A stretch of 64,000 bases of DNA. Source: Mageeibacillus sp. UBA5734. Its GTDB lineage: Bacteria > Bacillota > Clostridia > Saccharofermentanales > UBA5734. The notes below the pieces were generated by a model, which worked only from the letters and a program-made list of their open reading frames with translations, made no database searches and was not told where the DNA came from. Location: positions 4,586-68,585 of the forward strand of contig DIGA01000067.1 of assembly GCA_002419365.1 (NCBI GenBank), read 5' to 3'. Below, piece after piece: positions 39,690 through 49,700 of this stretch. Each line of letters begins with the position of its first letter. Within the stretch, counting starts at the first letter, position 1. Made by a program: the position numbers and the translations under genes.

Positions 39690-40323
39690 CTCCTGCAGCG
39701 TCTTTGGCCAGGGATTGGTACCGGATGCCCCGGCTGGCCAGTTCGTCCTTGAACAATGCTTCAACAGCCTGCACCAGCGCGCCATAGTCCCCGCTGTTAT
39801 CGATCAGGTGGTCGGCGATCGCCTGGTATTCATCCCGGGTCATTTGCATCGCAATCCGGCGCCGGGCGTCGTCTTCGGCCATTCCCCGGCTGAGAAGGCG
39901 GCTGATGCGCACCTCGTCTTGTGCCCAGACAACCCAGACTTGGTTGACAGAATCCAGAAAGCCTTGCTTGACCGGTATTGGCACATCCAGTACGGCAGCC
40001 TTGACCTTCTTATCCTTGAGTTTCTCAATCTGGCGCTGCATTTCCGCGATCACTTCACGATGGACGATCTGGCTGAGCTGATCGAGAGATTTACGGTCAG
40101 TAAAAACCTGGTGGGCCATTTTGGCACGGTCCAGGCCGCCTTTGGCGTCGAGCACGGAGCGGCCAAAAGCAGCCACAATGGGCTCGATGGCCAGACCATC
40201 CGGTGCGGTCGCCTGACGCGAGATTTCATCGGCGTCGATGACAGCAAGTCCAGCCTGACGGCACAAATTGGCTACCGTTGTCTTGCCGCAGCCAATGCCG
40301 CCGGTGATTCCAATGATGAACAT
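39676..40323 (-). CDS. coaE: Dephospho-CoA kinase
   Basis: MFIIGITGGIGCGKTTV.. P-loop; 215 aa. Confidence 0.92.
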   Translation of the reverse strand: MFIIGITGGIGCGKTTVANLCRQAGLAVIDADEISRQATAPDGLAIEPIVAAFGRSVLDAKGGLDRAKMAHQVFTDRKSLDQLSQIVHREVIAEMQRQIEKLKDKKVKAAVLDVPIPVKQGFLDSVNQVWVVWAQDEVRISRLLSRGMAEDDARRRIAMQMTRDEYQAIADHLIDNSGDYGALVQAVEALFKDELASRGIRYQSLAKDAAGDDRD

Positions 40324-40390
40324 CGTTTGATTTTCTCCTTAGTCCTAACATAAAGATCCAGTCTCCAGGCCAGCCTCGAAGGGGTGGCTC

Positions 40391-43123
40391 TCAATCCTTG
40401 CACTCACTCCAGCGCTGGCCCTGCTTGACTTCGGCAATCAGCGGCACAGAGAGCTCGAGGGCATCTTCCATCGCCTGCTTGAGCAAGGCTGCTGCAGTGG
40501 TTGCTTCGGCCAGAGGGGCTTCGACGATCAGTTCGTCGTGGACCTGCAGGACGAGACGCGCCTTGAGTCCCTCCTGGATAAACAAATTGCGCGCCCGGAC
40601 CATGGCCATCTTGATCAAGTCGGCGGCTGTGCCCTGGATCGGTGTATTCATCGCCGCCCGCTCACCGAACTGGCGCAGGTTGCGGTTGGCCGACTGCAGT
40701 TCCGGCAGATAGCGGCGCCGGCCGAACAAGGTCTCGACATAGCCTTGTTCATAAGCCTGCCTGACGAGCCGGTCGAGATAGGCCCGGACCTGGGGATACT
40801 GGCTGTTGTAGCCGGCGATGTACTGGTGGGCTTGCTTGACCGTGACGCCGAGGTCGCGGGCCAGGCCGAAATCGCTGATGCCATAGACGATGCTGAAGTT
40901 GACGGTCTTGGCTACCGCCCGCTGGGCAGAGGTTACTTCACGATCCGAAACGCCGAAAATGTGGCAGGCCGTATTGGTGTGGATGTCTTCGTTTTCATTG
41001 AAAGCCTGTTGCATTGCCGGATCTTCGGCCAGATGGGCCAGAAGGCGCAGCTCGATCTGCGAATAGTCGGCATCGAGCAGGACATGGCCGGGCGAAGCGA
41101 TGAACGCGGCCCGGATCCGGTTGCCTTGTTCGCTGCGGATCGGGATGTTCTGCAAATTGGGCTCAGTGCTGCTCAGACGACCGGTGGCAGTCAGGACTTG
41201 GTTGAAGGTCGTATGGACGCGGCCATCGGCCGGATCAATCGCCTTGCGCAAGCCTTCGACAAAGGTCGAACGCAATTTGGCCAGCAGACGATGCTCGATG
41301 ATCGGGGCGATCACCGGGTGCTGGTCGATCAGGCGTTCCAATTCCTCCGAATCTGTCGAATAATTGCCACCGCTGCGCTTCTTGCCAGTGGCCAGGCCAA
41401 GATGGTCAAACAGAACTGCGCCCAGCTGTTTCGGGGACATCAAGTTGAAGGTCTTGCCACTCAAGGCGAAAATCTGCTCCTGCAGGGCATCGATCCGCGC
41501 CTGCATATCCTGTGACAAGTCAGCAAGAATTGCCTGGTCGATGGCAAACCCGGCCAGTTCCATTTCGGCCAGGACACCCGCCAGGGGCAGTTCCACCTGG
41601 TATGCCAAGTGCTCGATCCCCCGTTCGGCAATGGCTTGCTTCTGGGCCTGCCAGAGATCGGACAGGGCAGCGACAGCCAGCGGTGACTGTTCGAGGTTCC
41701 AGGATTCCCAGGTTTGCTGGGAGTCGTTAACGGGGGCAACGGTTTCCAGTGCAGCAAACAGGTCCTGCTGCCGGCTGGCTCCTGTAGAGGGGGCAGTGTC
41801 AGACCCGGCACGAACATTCTCCGGGCCCTGGAAAGGCCAATGATGACCGGTCACCCGGCTGTACAGACGGGTGAAGTCCGGCTTGCCATCGAGCTGGTTC
41901 AACAGATACGCAGCAACCAGGACATCGCGGACCGGTCCCGGCAAAGCAGGCAAGCGGAATGCACGCAAGATCTTCTTGTAATCGTAGGTCAATGCCGGTA
42001 CCGTTTCCTGGCCCAGAAGGGACCAGGCCCGGGCCAGATCCTGGGCCGGAAGACCCTGGATCCGACAGGGATCGGTGGCGGGCACCGACCAGAGCAACTG
42101 GCCCTCCGGTCCCAGGACAAACGCCAGGCAGCCGTCGGGCTGGTTTTTGACGGTCTGGATGGCGGACTTGAAATCAGTGATCGAGCCTGTTGTGTACGCA
42201 ACTGTTGTGTTCTGTGCCATCGCCACTGGCAGGGGCTCGGTATCAAGTCCAAGCTTGGCAACCAGGCTGCGGAAATCGAGCCGGGCCAGCATTTCCAGCA
42301 AAGCCGGTCGGTCCGGCTGGAGGGACTTGAGCTCAGCCAGCGAAACCGGCAAAGGCACCTCACAATCGATCTGCGACAGCTGGCGTGACAGATAGGCCAT
42401 CTCGCGGTTTTCCGCCAGTTTGGCAGCCAGATTGGGCTTGATGTCAGCGAGATGCTCATAGATCTGGTCCAGGCTGCCAAAGCGGGAGACCAGGTCGAGT
42501 GCGCCTTTTTCTCCAATGCCTTTGACTCCGGGAATGTTATCGGATGGATCGCCCATGATCGCCTTGAGGTCGACGAATTGCTCGGGTCCAATGGTGTAGC
42601 GCTCTCGGACAGATTCCGGGGTGTAGATCTGAACCTCCGTCTTGCCGGTCGTCGTGACGGGGTGCCAGATCGAGATATGATCATCGACCAGCTGGAAGCT
42701 GTCTTTGTCTCCGGTCAGAATCGCCACGTCCGAGCCTTCAGACTCTGCCTTGCGTGCCAGCGTACCCAGGATGTCGTCGGCCTCATAACCAGGCACCTCC
42801 ACCCGACCCACGCCCATCAGGTCGAGAAGCTCCTTGAGGATGGGCAGCTGGACAGCCAGATCATCCGGCATCCCTTTGCGGGTCGCCTTGTAGCCGTCAA
42901 ACATCTGGTGGCGGAAAGTCGGTTCCTTGCGGTCAAAGGCGGCCACGATCTGATCTGGCCCATAGTCGGCTTTGAACCGCAGGAACATGTTCAGGAAGGC
43001 ATAGAGGGCACCGGTCGGGGTGCCATCCGGCGCCGTGAGGCGGTTTCTTCCGGCCAGACCGAAAAAGGCCCGGTTGATCAGGCTGTTGCCATCGATCAGC
43101 ATTAATTTTTCAGGCAAAATCAA
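40391..43123 (-). CDS. polA: DNA polymerase I
   Basis: About 905 aa with a 5'-nuclease N-terminus (LIDGNSLINRAFF), pol motif A (DYSQIELR) and motif C (QVHDELIVE). The start is ambiguous among TTG 43123, TTG 43117 and ATG 43102. Confidence 0.95.
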   Translation of the reverse strand: MILPEKLMLIDGNSLINRAFFGLAGRNRLTAPDGTPTGALYAFLNMFLRFKADYGPDQIVAAFDRKEPTFRHQMFDGYKATRKGMPDDLAVQLPILKELLDLMGVGRVEVPGYEADDILGTLARKAESEGSDVAILTGDKDSFQLVDDHISIWHPVTTTGKTEVQIYTPESVRERYTIGPEQFVDLKAIMGDPSDNIPGVKGIGEKGALDLVSRFGSLDQIYEHLADIKPNLAAKLAENREMAYLSRQLSQIDCEVPLPVSLAELKSLQPDRPALLEMLARLDFRSLVAKLGLDTEPLPVAMAQNTTVAYTTGSITDFKSAIQTVKNQPDGCLAFVLGPEGQLLWSVPATDPCRIQGLPAQDLARAWSLLGQETVPALTYDYKKILRAFRLPALPGPVRDVLVAAYLLNQLDGKPDFTRLYSRVTGHHWPFQGPENVRAGSDTAPSTGASRQQDLFAALETVAPVNDSQQTWESWNLEQSPLAVAALSDLWQAQKQAIAERGIEHLAYQVELPLAGVLAEMELAGFAIDQAILADLSQDMQARIDALQEQIFALSGKTFNLMSPKQLGAVLFDHLGLATGKKRSGGNYSTDSEELERLIDQHPVIAPIIEHRLLAKLRSTFVEGLRKAIDPADGRVHTTFNQVLTATGRLSSTEPNLQNIPIRSEQGNRIRAAFIASPGHVLLDADYSQIELRLLAHLAEDPAMQQAFNENEDIHTNTACHIFGVSDREVTSAQRAVAKTVNFSIVYGISDFGLARDLGVTVKQAHQYIAGYNSQYPQVRAYLDRLVRQAYEQGYVETLFGRRRYLPELQSANRNLRQFGERAAMNTPIQGTAADLIKMAMVRARNLFIQEGLKARLVLQVHDELIVEAPLAEATTAAALLKQAMEDALELSVPLIAEVKQGQRWSECKD

Positions 43124-44061
43124 GTTCCTCCAAATTCAAGGATCAGGTATTGGCAATCAGGCTGTTGCAATGCCTGCCAGGCAGCGGTTGCTTCGGTGGC
43201 GAGCCAGTCGGTGAGCAGCCGTTCTGCTTCATCTGCGGAGGCTGCGGTCAGGCTGACCGCTGGCGTGAGGTCTGCCATTGCATCCGCGACCACCTCTGCC
43301 GTGTTCTTTCCGGCTGCCACGGGCCAGGCTGTGATCAGCCGGTTGGGCTCGATCCAGATGGCAGAGCTTGCCCCGGCCAGGATTTCCCCGGCCAGGACTG
43401 GCACACCGGGGGCAGACTGGCGATCGACCGGCAGGACAAAATCTTCGCGGATGGCGTACCAGGAATGGACTGCAGCCGTGAAGAGCCTGGCCTCGGCGAC
43501 TGGAGCTGATTCTGTCTCCGGTTGCGGTTCGAAAAGTCCTTTTCCACTGCCCGAGCCGCCCGCGGCAGTGACATCAGGTGCCCCGGCGGCTTCTGGTACA
43601 GCCATGTCCACAGACTGGTCAAGCATCGCCGCTGCTGTTGTTTCTGGCAGCGATGCCGTGGAACGGGCTGGCTGATTGGCCAAAGTGTAAAGAGACCACA
43701 AGCCAGCCAACACGACAAGGGTAGCTGCAGCCAGGCCGAAGCGGCGCAGCTGGACAGGCCTGGGTAAAAGGGTTCGGGTACGCACAGCCTGTTGCGAGGC
43801 CTGTTCCGTCTCGTGCCGGACCGACTCGAGCAAACGGGCCGAAAATTCTGGTGTCGGAGCTGAAGCAGGGATCTGACGCTGGGCCAGCGTCCGATAGGGC
43901 AGCCAGCGGCGCACGTGTTCCAGCTCTTTGCGGCAAGATGCACAATGGGCCAGGATGTGTTCCAGCTCGGCCTTCTCCTTACCCTGGATGGTGTTCTCCA
44001 GATAGCGGATCATCTGGTCCTCACTGAGGCGCGCTGGCTTGTGTCGTCTGAAATGGATCAT
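43120..44061 (-). CDS. Membrane-spanning anti-sigma factor (zf-HC2-like N-terminus)
   Basis: 313 aa. The N-terminal His/Cys motif (HILAHCASCRKELEH) is followed by one TM helix (LAAATLVVLAGLWSLY) and a C-terminal extracytoplasmic domain I cannot assign. An ATGA overlap joins it to the ECF sigma gene. Confidence 0.75.
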   Translation of the reverse strand: MIHFRRHKPARLSEDQMIRYLENTIQGKEKAELEHILAHCASCRKELEHVRRWLPYRTLAQRQIPASAPTPEFSARLLESVRHETEQASQQAVRTRTLLPRPVQLRRFGLAAATLVVLAGLWSLYTLANQPARSTASLPETTAAAMLDQSVDMAVPEAAGAPDVTAAGGSGSGKGLFEPQPETESAPVAEARLFTAAVHSWYAIREDFVLPVDRQSAPGVPVLAGEILAGASSAIWIEPNRLITAWPVAAGKNTAEVVADAMADLTPAVSLTAASADEAERLLTDWLATEATAAWQALQQPDCQYLILEFGGT

Positions 44062-44696
44062 CCCTGCACCTCCCTTCCGCGCTTTGGACGGGTAAGAGTG
44101 TGGATTTGTTCCGGTTGGCCAAACGAAGACCCCGGATGATCCTCCAGACTGGCCATGACCTGGTTTCTGGCCCGGAACAGGCGCGATTTCACCGTACCCT
44201 CGGATAGACCCAGCCGGGCGGCGATTTCTTCGTAGGACAAGCCCTGGAGGTCGCGCAGGATCAGGACCTCGCGCATCGCTGGCTTGAGCTGGCTGATCTG
44301 GTACAAAAGCGTGCGCCCGAGCTCGTGGTTGATCGCCTGCTCATCGGGCAGCGGACTTTTATCCGGCAGCTGGATGAAACAGTCCCCGTCTTCGTTTTCC
44401 TGGTCGATCGAGGTGGTCGGATGGCTTTTTTTACTGCGTTGCAGATCATGGCAGACATTGACCGCGATCCGGTAGATCCAGGTGTAGAACGAAGACCGGC
44501 CCTGGTATAGGGACAGGGAGCGATAGGCCTTGAGGAACGTCTCCTGGGTGCAATCCTCGGCATCGTCGCGGTTGCCGAGCAAGCCGAGGCAGACATTGAA
44601 AATACGCGCCATGTGGCTTTGCACCAGCAGGCCAAACGCTTCCCCGTCACCTTTCATCGCTTGTTCGATCCATTCTTTTTCATTGTTGGCAAACAT
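44058..44696 (-). CDS. ECF-type RNA polymerase sigma factor
   Basis: 212 aa with region 2 (SFYTWIYRIAVNVCHDLQR) and region 4.2 (LSYEEIAARLGLSEGTVKSRLFRAR). Confidence 0.9.
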   Translation of the reverse strand: MFANNEKEWIEQAMKGDGEAFGLLVQSHMARIFNVCLGLLGNRDDAEDCTQETFLKAYRSLSLYQGRSSFYTWIYRIAVNVCHDLQRSKKSHPTTSIDQENEDGDCFIQLPDKSPLPDEQAINHELGRTLLYQISQLKPAMREVLILRDLQGLSYEEIAARLGLSEGTVKSRLFRARNQVMASLEDHPGSSFGQPEQIHTLTRPKRGREVQG

Positions 44697-44702
44697 ACCG
44701 CC

Positions 44703-44711
44703 ATTATATCA
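44703..44711 (-). promoter_or_regulatory. Extended -10 element (TGATATAAT) 6 nt upstream of the ECF sigma ATG
   Basis: The minus strand reads TGATATAAT-GGCGGT-ATG, with no SD. This suggests a leaderless transcript. Confidence 0.35.
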
Positions 44712-44750
44712 TTACATCCAGCCGGGAGGCGATTTCTTTACGTCTCTGGG

Positions 44751-44759
44751 TGGTATAAT
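44751..44759 (+). promoter_or_regulatory. Extended -10 element (TGGTATAAT) for the divergent MFS gene
   Basis: TGGTATAAT lies 21 nt upstream of the ATG at 44781, with SD GGGAGG in between. Confidence 0.35.
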
Positions 44760-44780
44760 AGGCCTGCCGGGAGGTCCGTT

Positions 44781-46280
44781 ATGCTTAAACGATTTTCTAT
44801 TTCCCGTGAAGAAATCCTGCCCAAGTACGGTATGCCGCTGGATGCGGCAACCCAGCGGGATCTGGGAGCAGCTATCTATTCGATTGTCTTCGGCATGGCT
44901 TATTTCATCATCACCGGCTACCCGGGCGCATCCCCCCTTTTTACGTCTTTTCTCAAGGATTACCTCGGGGTCAGTGACAGTGCCTATGGCCTGATCCTGA
45001 CCTTGCCCTTCATCACGGTCCTGATCCAGGTGCCTTTCACGGTCTATGTTGCGCGTCATGGCCGGATCAAACAATCCTTCCTGGTGGCTGGATCCCTGGC
45101 CAAGGTCACCTTCCTGACACTGGCCTTCCTGCCCATCCTGGGGGATCGGCTCAACAGCCAGGCCGCCTTCCTTGTTGTGGTGGTGACGATCCTCCTGACC
45201 TCCACCTTCAACTGGATCGCCGATTCGGCAATCAACACCTGGTTTGGCTCCCTGATCCCAACCGAGATCAAGGGCCGCTATTTCTCCACGCGCCAGATGA
45301 TCTTCACCATCGCCATGCTGTTCTACGCCCTGACCATGTCCCAGCTGCTCCAGCTGCTGCGCGACTGGCGCTGGAAATACACGTTGTTCTTTGGCTTGGC
45401 CGTCCTGTTCGGATTGATCGACATCCTGTTCTATACCAAGGTCCGCCCTCCGGAAAAGGCCTATTTGCCCTGGTTTCACACCAGTCCAGAGCAAAAGGTC
45501 CAGACCTTCACCATGCACCAGTTCCTGATGCCACTGCGCGACAGCCGCTATCGTGCCTATCTCCTGTTTACGATCAGCTGGAGTTTCTCGATGCAGATTT
45601 CCGGTCCTTACTACAACGTCTACATGTTCAATGACCTGAAATTCTCCCTTGGCCAGATGACACTTCTGAGCCAGATCATCCCAGCCATTGCCACGATCCT
45701 GTTCCTGCGCCGGATCGGGCGGGCCTTTGACCACTACGGCTTCAAGCCGATCCTGATCCTGTCCTGCGGCGTCTCCCTGGTCCTGCCAGTCTCCTGGATG
45801 TTCGCCACGGTTGATTCCAACTGGTTTGTCTACCTGTCCAATGTCCTGTCCGGCATTTTCAACATCGGAATCGAACTGGCGATCATGAGCCTGGCCATTT
45901 TTCTCGCACCCCATGCCGAGCGCAGCGCTTACCTGGCCATGAAAAGCATCGCCATGGCCCTTCTGGGCTTTGTACCGGCGATTATGATCGGCGGCTTCCT
46001 GTCGGATCTGCTGCGGCCGGTCCTGCTCGCAGCCCAGCTGCCGTTTTTCCGTGGCCAGGTGATGAATCCGTTCCATGTCCTGTTGATCCTGACCTTCTCG
46101 CTGCGCCTCATGACGCTGCTCGTCTTCGCCAGGCGGCTCCATGAACCGACTGCCATGTCATTCTCTGATTTTGTCGCCCATGCCAATGCCACCCATCTGG
46201 CCCAGCTGCGGCGCCAGCGTGTCCTGTTGCGTGAAAAAAGGCGCCGTCTCAGACAGCGCCTCAATCCCCGGAAAAAATAA
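44781..46280 (+). CDS. MFS-type transporter
   Basis: About 499 aa with roughly 12 hydrophobic segments. I prefer the start MLKRFSISRE.., which follows SD GGGAGG. The ORF-track start at 44613 overlaps the sigma gene. Confidence 0.8.
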   Translation: MLKRFSISREEILPKYGMPLDAATQRDLGAAIYSIVFGMAYFIITGYPGASPLFTSFLKDYLGVSDSAYGLILTLPFITVLIQVPFTVYVARHGRIKQSFLVAGSLAKVTFLTLAFLPILGDRLNSQAAFLVVVVTILLTSTFNWIADSAINTWFGSLIPTEIKGRYFSTRQMIFTIAMLFYALTMSQLLQLLRDWRWKYTLFFGLAVLFGLIDILFYTKVRPPEKAYLPWFHTSPEQKVQTFTMHQFLMPLRDSRYRAYLLFTISWSFSMQISGPYYNVYMFNDLKFSLGQMTLLSQIIPAIATILFLRRIGRAFDHYGFKPILILSCGVSLVLPVSWMFATVDSNWFVYLSNVLSGIFNIGIELAIMSLAIFLAPHAERSAYLAMKSIAMALLGFVPAIMIGGFLSDLLRPVLLAAQLPFFRGQVMNPFHVLLILTFSLRLMTLLVFARRLHEPTAMSFSDFVAHANATHLAQLRRQRVLLREKRRRLRQRLNPRKK

Positions 46281-46292
46281 GCGATTCGAGCG

Positions 46293-46322
46293 GTCCATCT
46301 GGCACAGCAGATGGACTTTTTC
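46293..46322 (+). terminator. Intrinsic terminator after the MFS gene
   Basis: GTCCATCTG-GCACAG-CAGATGGAC followed by TTTTTC. Confidence 0.7.
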
Positions 46323-46344
46323 TTTCAGGACAGACTGGATTTCA

Positions 46345-46719
46345 TCAGATCTCAGCCACCAGCTCGATTTCGATCCGGGCTGATTTGGGCAGGGCTGCCA
46401 CCTGGACCGTGGAGCGCGCTGGTTTGTGGTCCGCGAAAAATTCGCCATACAGGCCATTGACGACGGCAAAATCGGCCAGATCGGCCAGGAAAATGGTCGT
46501 CTTGACGACTTTTTGCGGACTGGAACCGGCCTGTTCGAGTACAGCGGCCAGATTGGCGAGCACCTGGCGGGTCTGGGTTTCAATATCCGCGCCTGCCATC
46601 TCATTGCTGACCGGATCGAGGGCGATCTGGCCGGAGGTGAACAGCAAACCATTGCTGACAACCGCCTGGGCATAGGGTCCGATGGGTTTGGGCGCATTGA
46701 GGGTGTAGATCGTTTTCAT
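46345..46719 (-). CDS. RidA/YjgF/TdcF family enamine/imine deaminase
   Basis: MKTIYTLNAPKPIGPYAQAV...ARIEIE.. The preferred ATG at 46719 lies 9 nt after SD GGAGGA and forms a TGATG overlap with the upstream stop. The ORF-track start is 46725. Confidence 0.88.
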   Translation of the reverse strand: MKTIYTLNAPKPIGPYAQAVVSNGLLFTSGQIALDPVSNEMAGADIETQTRQVLANLAAVLEQAGSSPQKVVKTTIFLADLADFAVVNGLYGEFFADHKPARSTVQVAALPKSARIEIELVAEI

Positions 46720-49700
46720 CAGCATTGATCCTCCGCGAGTTTCTGGGGTTGTATTTTCCGGCTGGATGGATCGGTGATATGAACTTCCACCGGCAGCCGG
46801 TGCTGGTGAAAAGCGGTCGAGATCATCAGTTTGATCCGGTTCAGCTGGTTGACCTCGCTCGCTCCAGGATCGTAGTCGATCGCGACAATATTGGCATCCT
46901 TGAACTGGCGGCGCAATTCCTTGATCATGCCTTTGCCGGTCACATGGTTGGGCAGGCAGGCAAACGGCTGGGCACAGATGACATTGGGTGCGCCGCTTTC
47001 GATCAGTTCGATCATTTCAGCGGTCAAAAACCAGCCCTCGCCGGAACTGTTGCCAAGCGACAGGACCTGTCTGGCCTTTTCGCCCAGTTCATGAATCGTG
47101 ACAGGCGGATTGAATTTGCCGCTGGTTTTCTGGAGAGCCTTGACCATCGGCCGGCGGTACAATTCCAGCACACGGACCAATGTGTCACCCACCAGAGCCG
47201 ACTTGGCACTCGTGCCAAGTTGCTCGTGATTCCAGCGCGCATTGGAGAAAGAATACAGGAAAAAGTCCAAAAGACCTGGCAGGACAGCTTCGCAGCCTTC
47301 GGATTCCACTACGCCGATGACGTTGTTGTTGGCGTCGGGATGGAACTTGACCAGGATTTCGCCGACAATGCCCACGCGTGGTTTGTCGCGATCCGGCCGG
47401 ATCGGCAAGGCGTCGAATGCCTGGACGATCGCCTCCACCAGGCTCTTGAAAGCTATTTTTTTCTCCAGCAAGGGCGAATAGCCATCATTCAGGAACCATT
47501 CACGCGTCACCTGGTCCCAGTACTGGTACAAGGCATTGGCACTGTGTGGTTTGGTTTCATACGGACGGACCCGCAGCAGGACAGTCTGCAGCAGATCGCC
47601 CAGCACCAGTGCCTGGGCCGCCTGGTGGAGAAGTTTCGGTGAAAGGGTGAAACCGGGGTTCTTCTCGATGCCACCCGCACTCAGAGCGATGACTGGGACT
47701 TGGGGGAAACCGGCCTCGCGCAGGGCCTTGCGCAGGAAAGCGACATAGTTGGTCGCGCGGCAGCCACCACCGGTCTGGGTGATCAGGACTGAACAATTGT
47801 CCGGATCATATTCACCCGCCAGCAGGGCATTGACCAGCTGGCCGACTACGAGGATCGATGGGTAGCAGGCATCGTTGTTGACAAACTTCAAGCCCGTTTC
47901 GATATCCTCGCTCGTGGCATTTTCGAGAATGCGGGTGCGGTAGCCGCTGCGGTTGAAGACAGCCTCGATCATGCGGAAGTGGATCGGTGACAACTGCGGG
48001 GCGAGGATGGTGTGGTTCTTCTTCATCTCGCGGGTAAAAGGAATCCGCTCGATCACATGCGAGGCCAGGCTCACTTTGCGCGGGCCGTTCTTTTCCCGTT
48101 CGTCCATCGCCGCTTTGAGCGAACGCAGGCGGATCCTGGCTGCACCGAGATTACTGACCTCGTCGATCTTGAGCAAGGTATAGGTCTTGCCTTTGGCAGC
48201 GAGAATTTCCTGGACCTGGTCAGACGTGACCGCATCGAGGCCGCAGCCAAAGGACGTCAGCTGGACCAGCTCGAGGCGGGACTGGCTGGCCACAAACGCG
48301 GCGGCCTCGTAGAGGCGTGAATGGTAAGCCCACTGGTCAACCACCCGCAAGGGCCGCTCGAGATCGCCCAGACCAGCCACACTGTCCTCCGTCAGGACAG
48401 CCAGGCCCAGCGTATTGATCATTTGCGGGATGCCATGGTGAATCTCCGGATCCACGTGATAAGGACGTCCTGACAGGACGATGCCTTTGCAATCATGATC
48501 AACCAGAAATTGCAGGGCTTCCTGGCCTTTGGCGCGGATGTCGGCCTTGACCTGGTCCAGTTCGGCAAACCCCTTGGCGAGGGCGGTTTTGACTTCCTGG
48601 CTGGTGACTTTCCATTCTGCAAAGACATCGACCAGGCGTTGGGCGAGTTTGTCCCTGTTGTGCAGTGACAAGAATGGATTGATCAGCCGGACACTGCTTT
48701 CGGCGATTTTCTCGACATTGGTCCGGATGACTTCCGGATAGCTGACGACAATCGGACAATTGTAGTGATTGTTGGCCTCGGTGTACTCCTGCTGTTCGTA
48801 GGTGATGTCTGGATAGAAGATCTGGCGGATCCCCTTTTCGATCAGGTCCGTCACGTGGCCATGCGCCAGCTTGGCCGGATAGCAGACACTTTCCGAAGGG
48901 ATGGAATCCATGCCCTTTTCAAACAGCTTGTGGTTGGATCGTCCGGACAGGACAACTCTGAATCCAAGTTCGGTCAGGAACGTGTGCCAGAGCGGGTAAT
49001 TTTCGAATAAATTGAGTGTGCGGGGGATGCCAATCACACCACGCGGTGCCTTTTCAAGTGGCAGGGGCGCATAGCCGAACAGGCGCTTGTACTTGTAGTC
49101 AAACAGATTCGGCAGCGTGACCTTGTGGATCTCCTCTCCTGCCCCGCGTTCGCAGCGGTTACCGGAGACATAGCGCTCGCCATTGGAGAAACGCGAAATC
49201 GTCAGCTGGCACTGGTTGGTGCACAGTTCACAGTGGGTCAACTCGGTCTGGACCTCGAAAGCCGCCAGCTCCCTGGCTGCCATCAGGCTGGTGGCCTGGC
49301 CGGCATAGCGCTCACGGGCAATCAGGGCGGCGCCATAGGCACCCATCAGACCGGCAATATTGGGCCGGATCACTTCACGGCCGGCAACCTGTTCGAAGCA
49401 GCGCAAAATGGCATCGTTGAGGAAGGTTCCGCCCTGGACGACCACTTTCTGGCCGAGCTGGGACGGATCCTTGATCTTGATGACCTTGTACAGGGCGTTG
49501 CGCACGACCGAGTAGGACAGGCCGGCCGAGATGTCGCCGACGCTGGCACCCTCTTTCTGGGCCTGCTTGACGCGCGAATTCATGAATACCGTGCAGCGCG
49601 TGCCCAGGTCTACGGGATTTTGTGCCTCGAGCGCTTCGAGCGAGAAGGTGTGGGCATCCATGTGCAGCGTTTCGGCAAAGGTCTGGACAAAGGAACCACA

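Noticed and set aside
44712-46142. 476-aa minus-strand ORF, the longest unannotated ORF in this part of the track.
   Set aside because: It is entirely antisense to the well-supported MFS transporter. The translation is low-complexity (Gly/Asp/Gln/Glu/His-rich) with no motif, SD or promoter. This is a typical stop-free antisense frame in GC-rich coding DNA.
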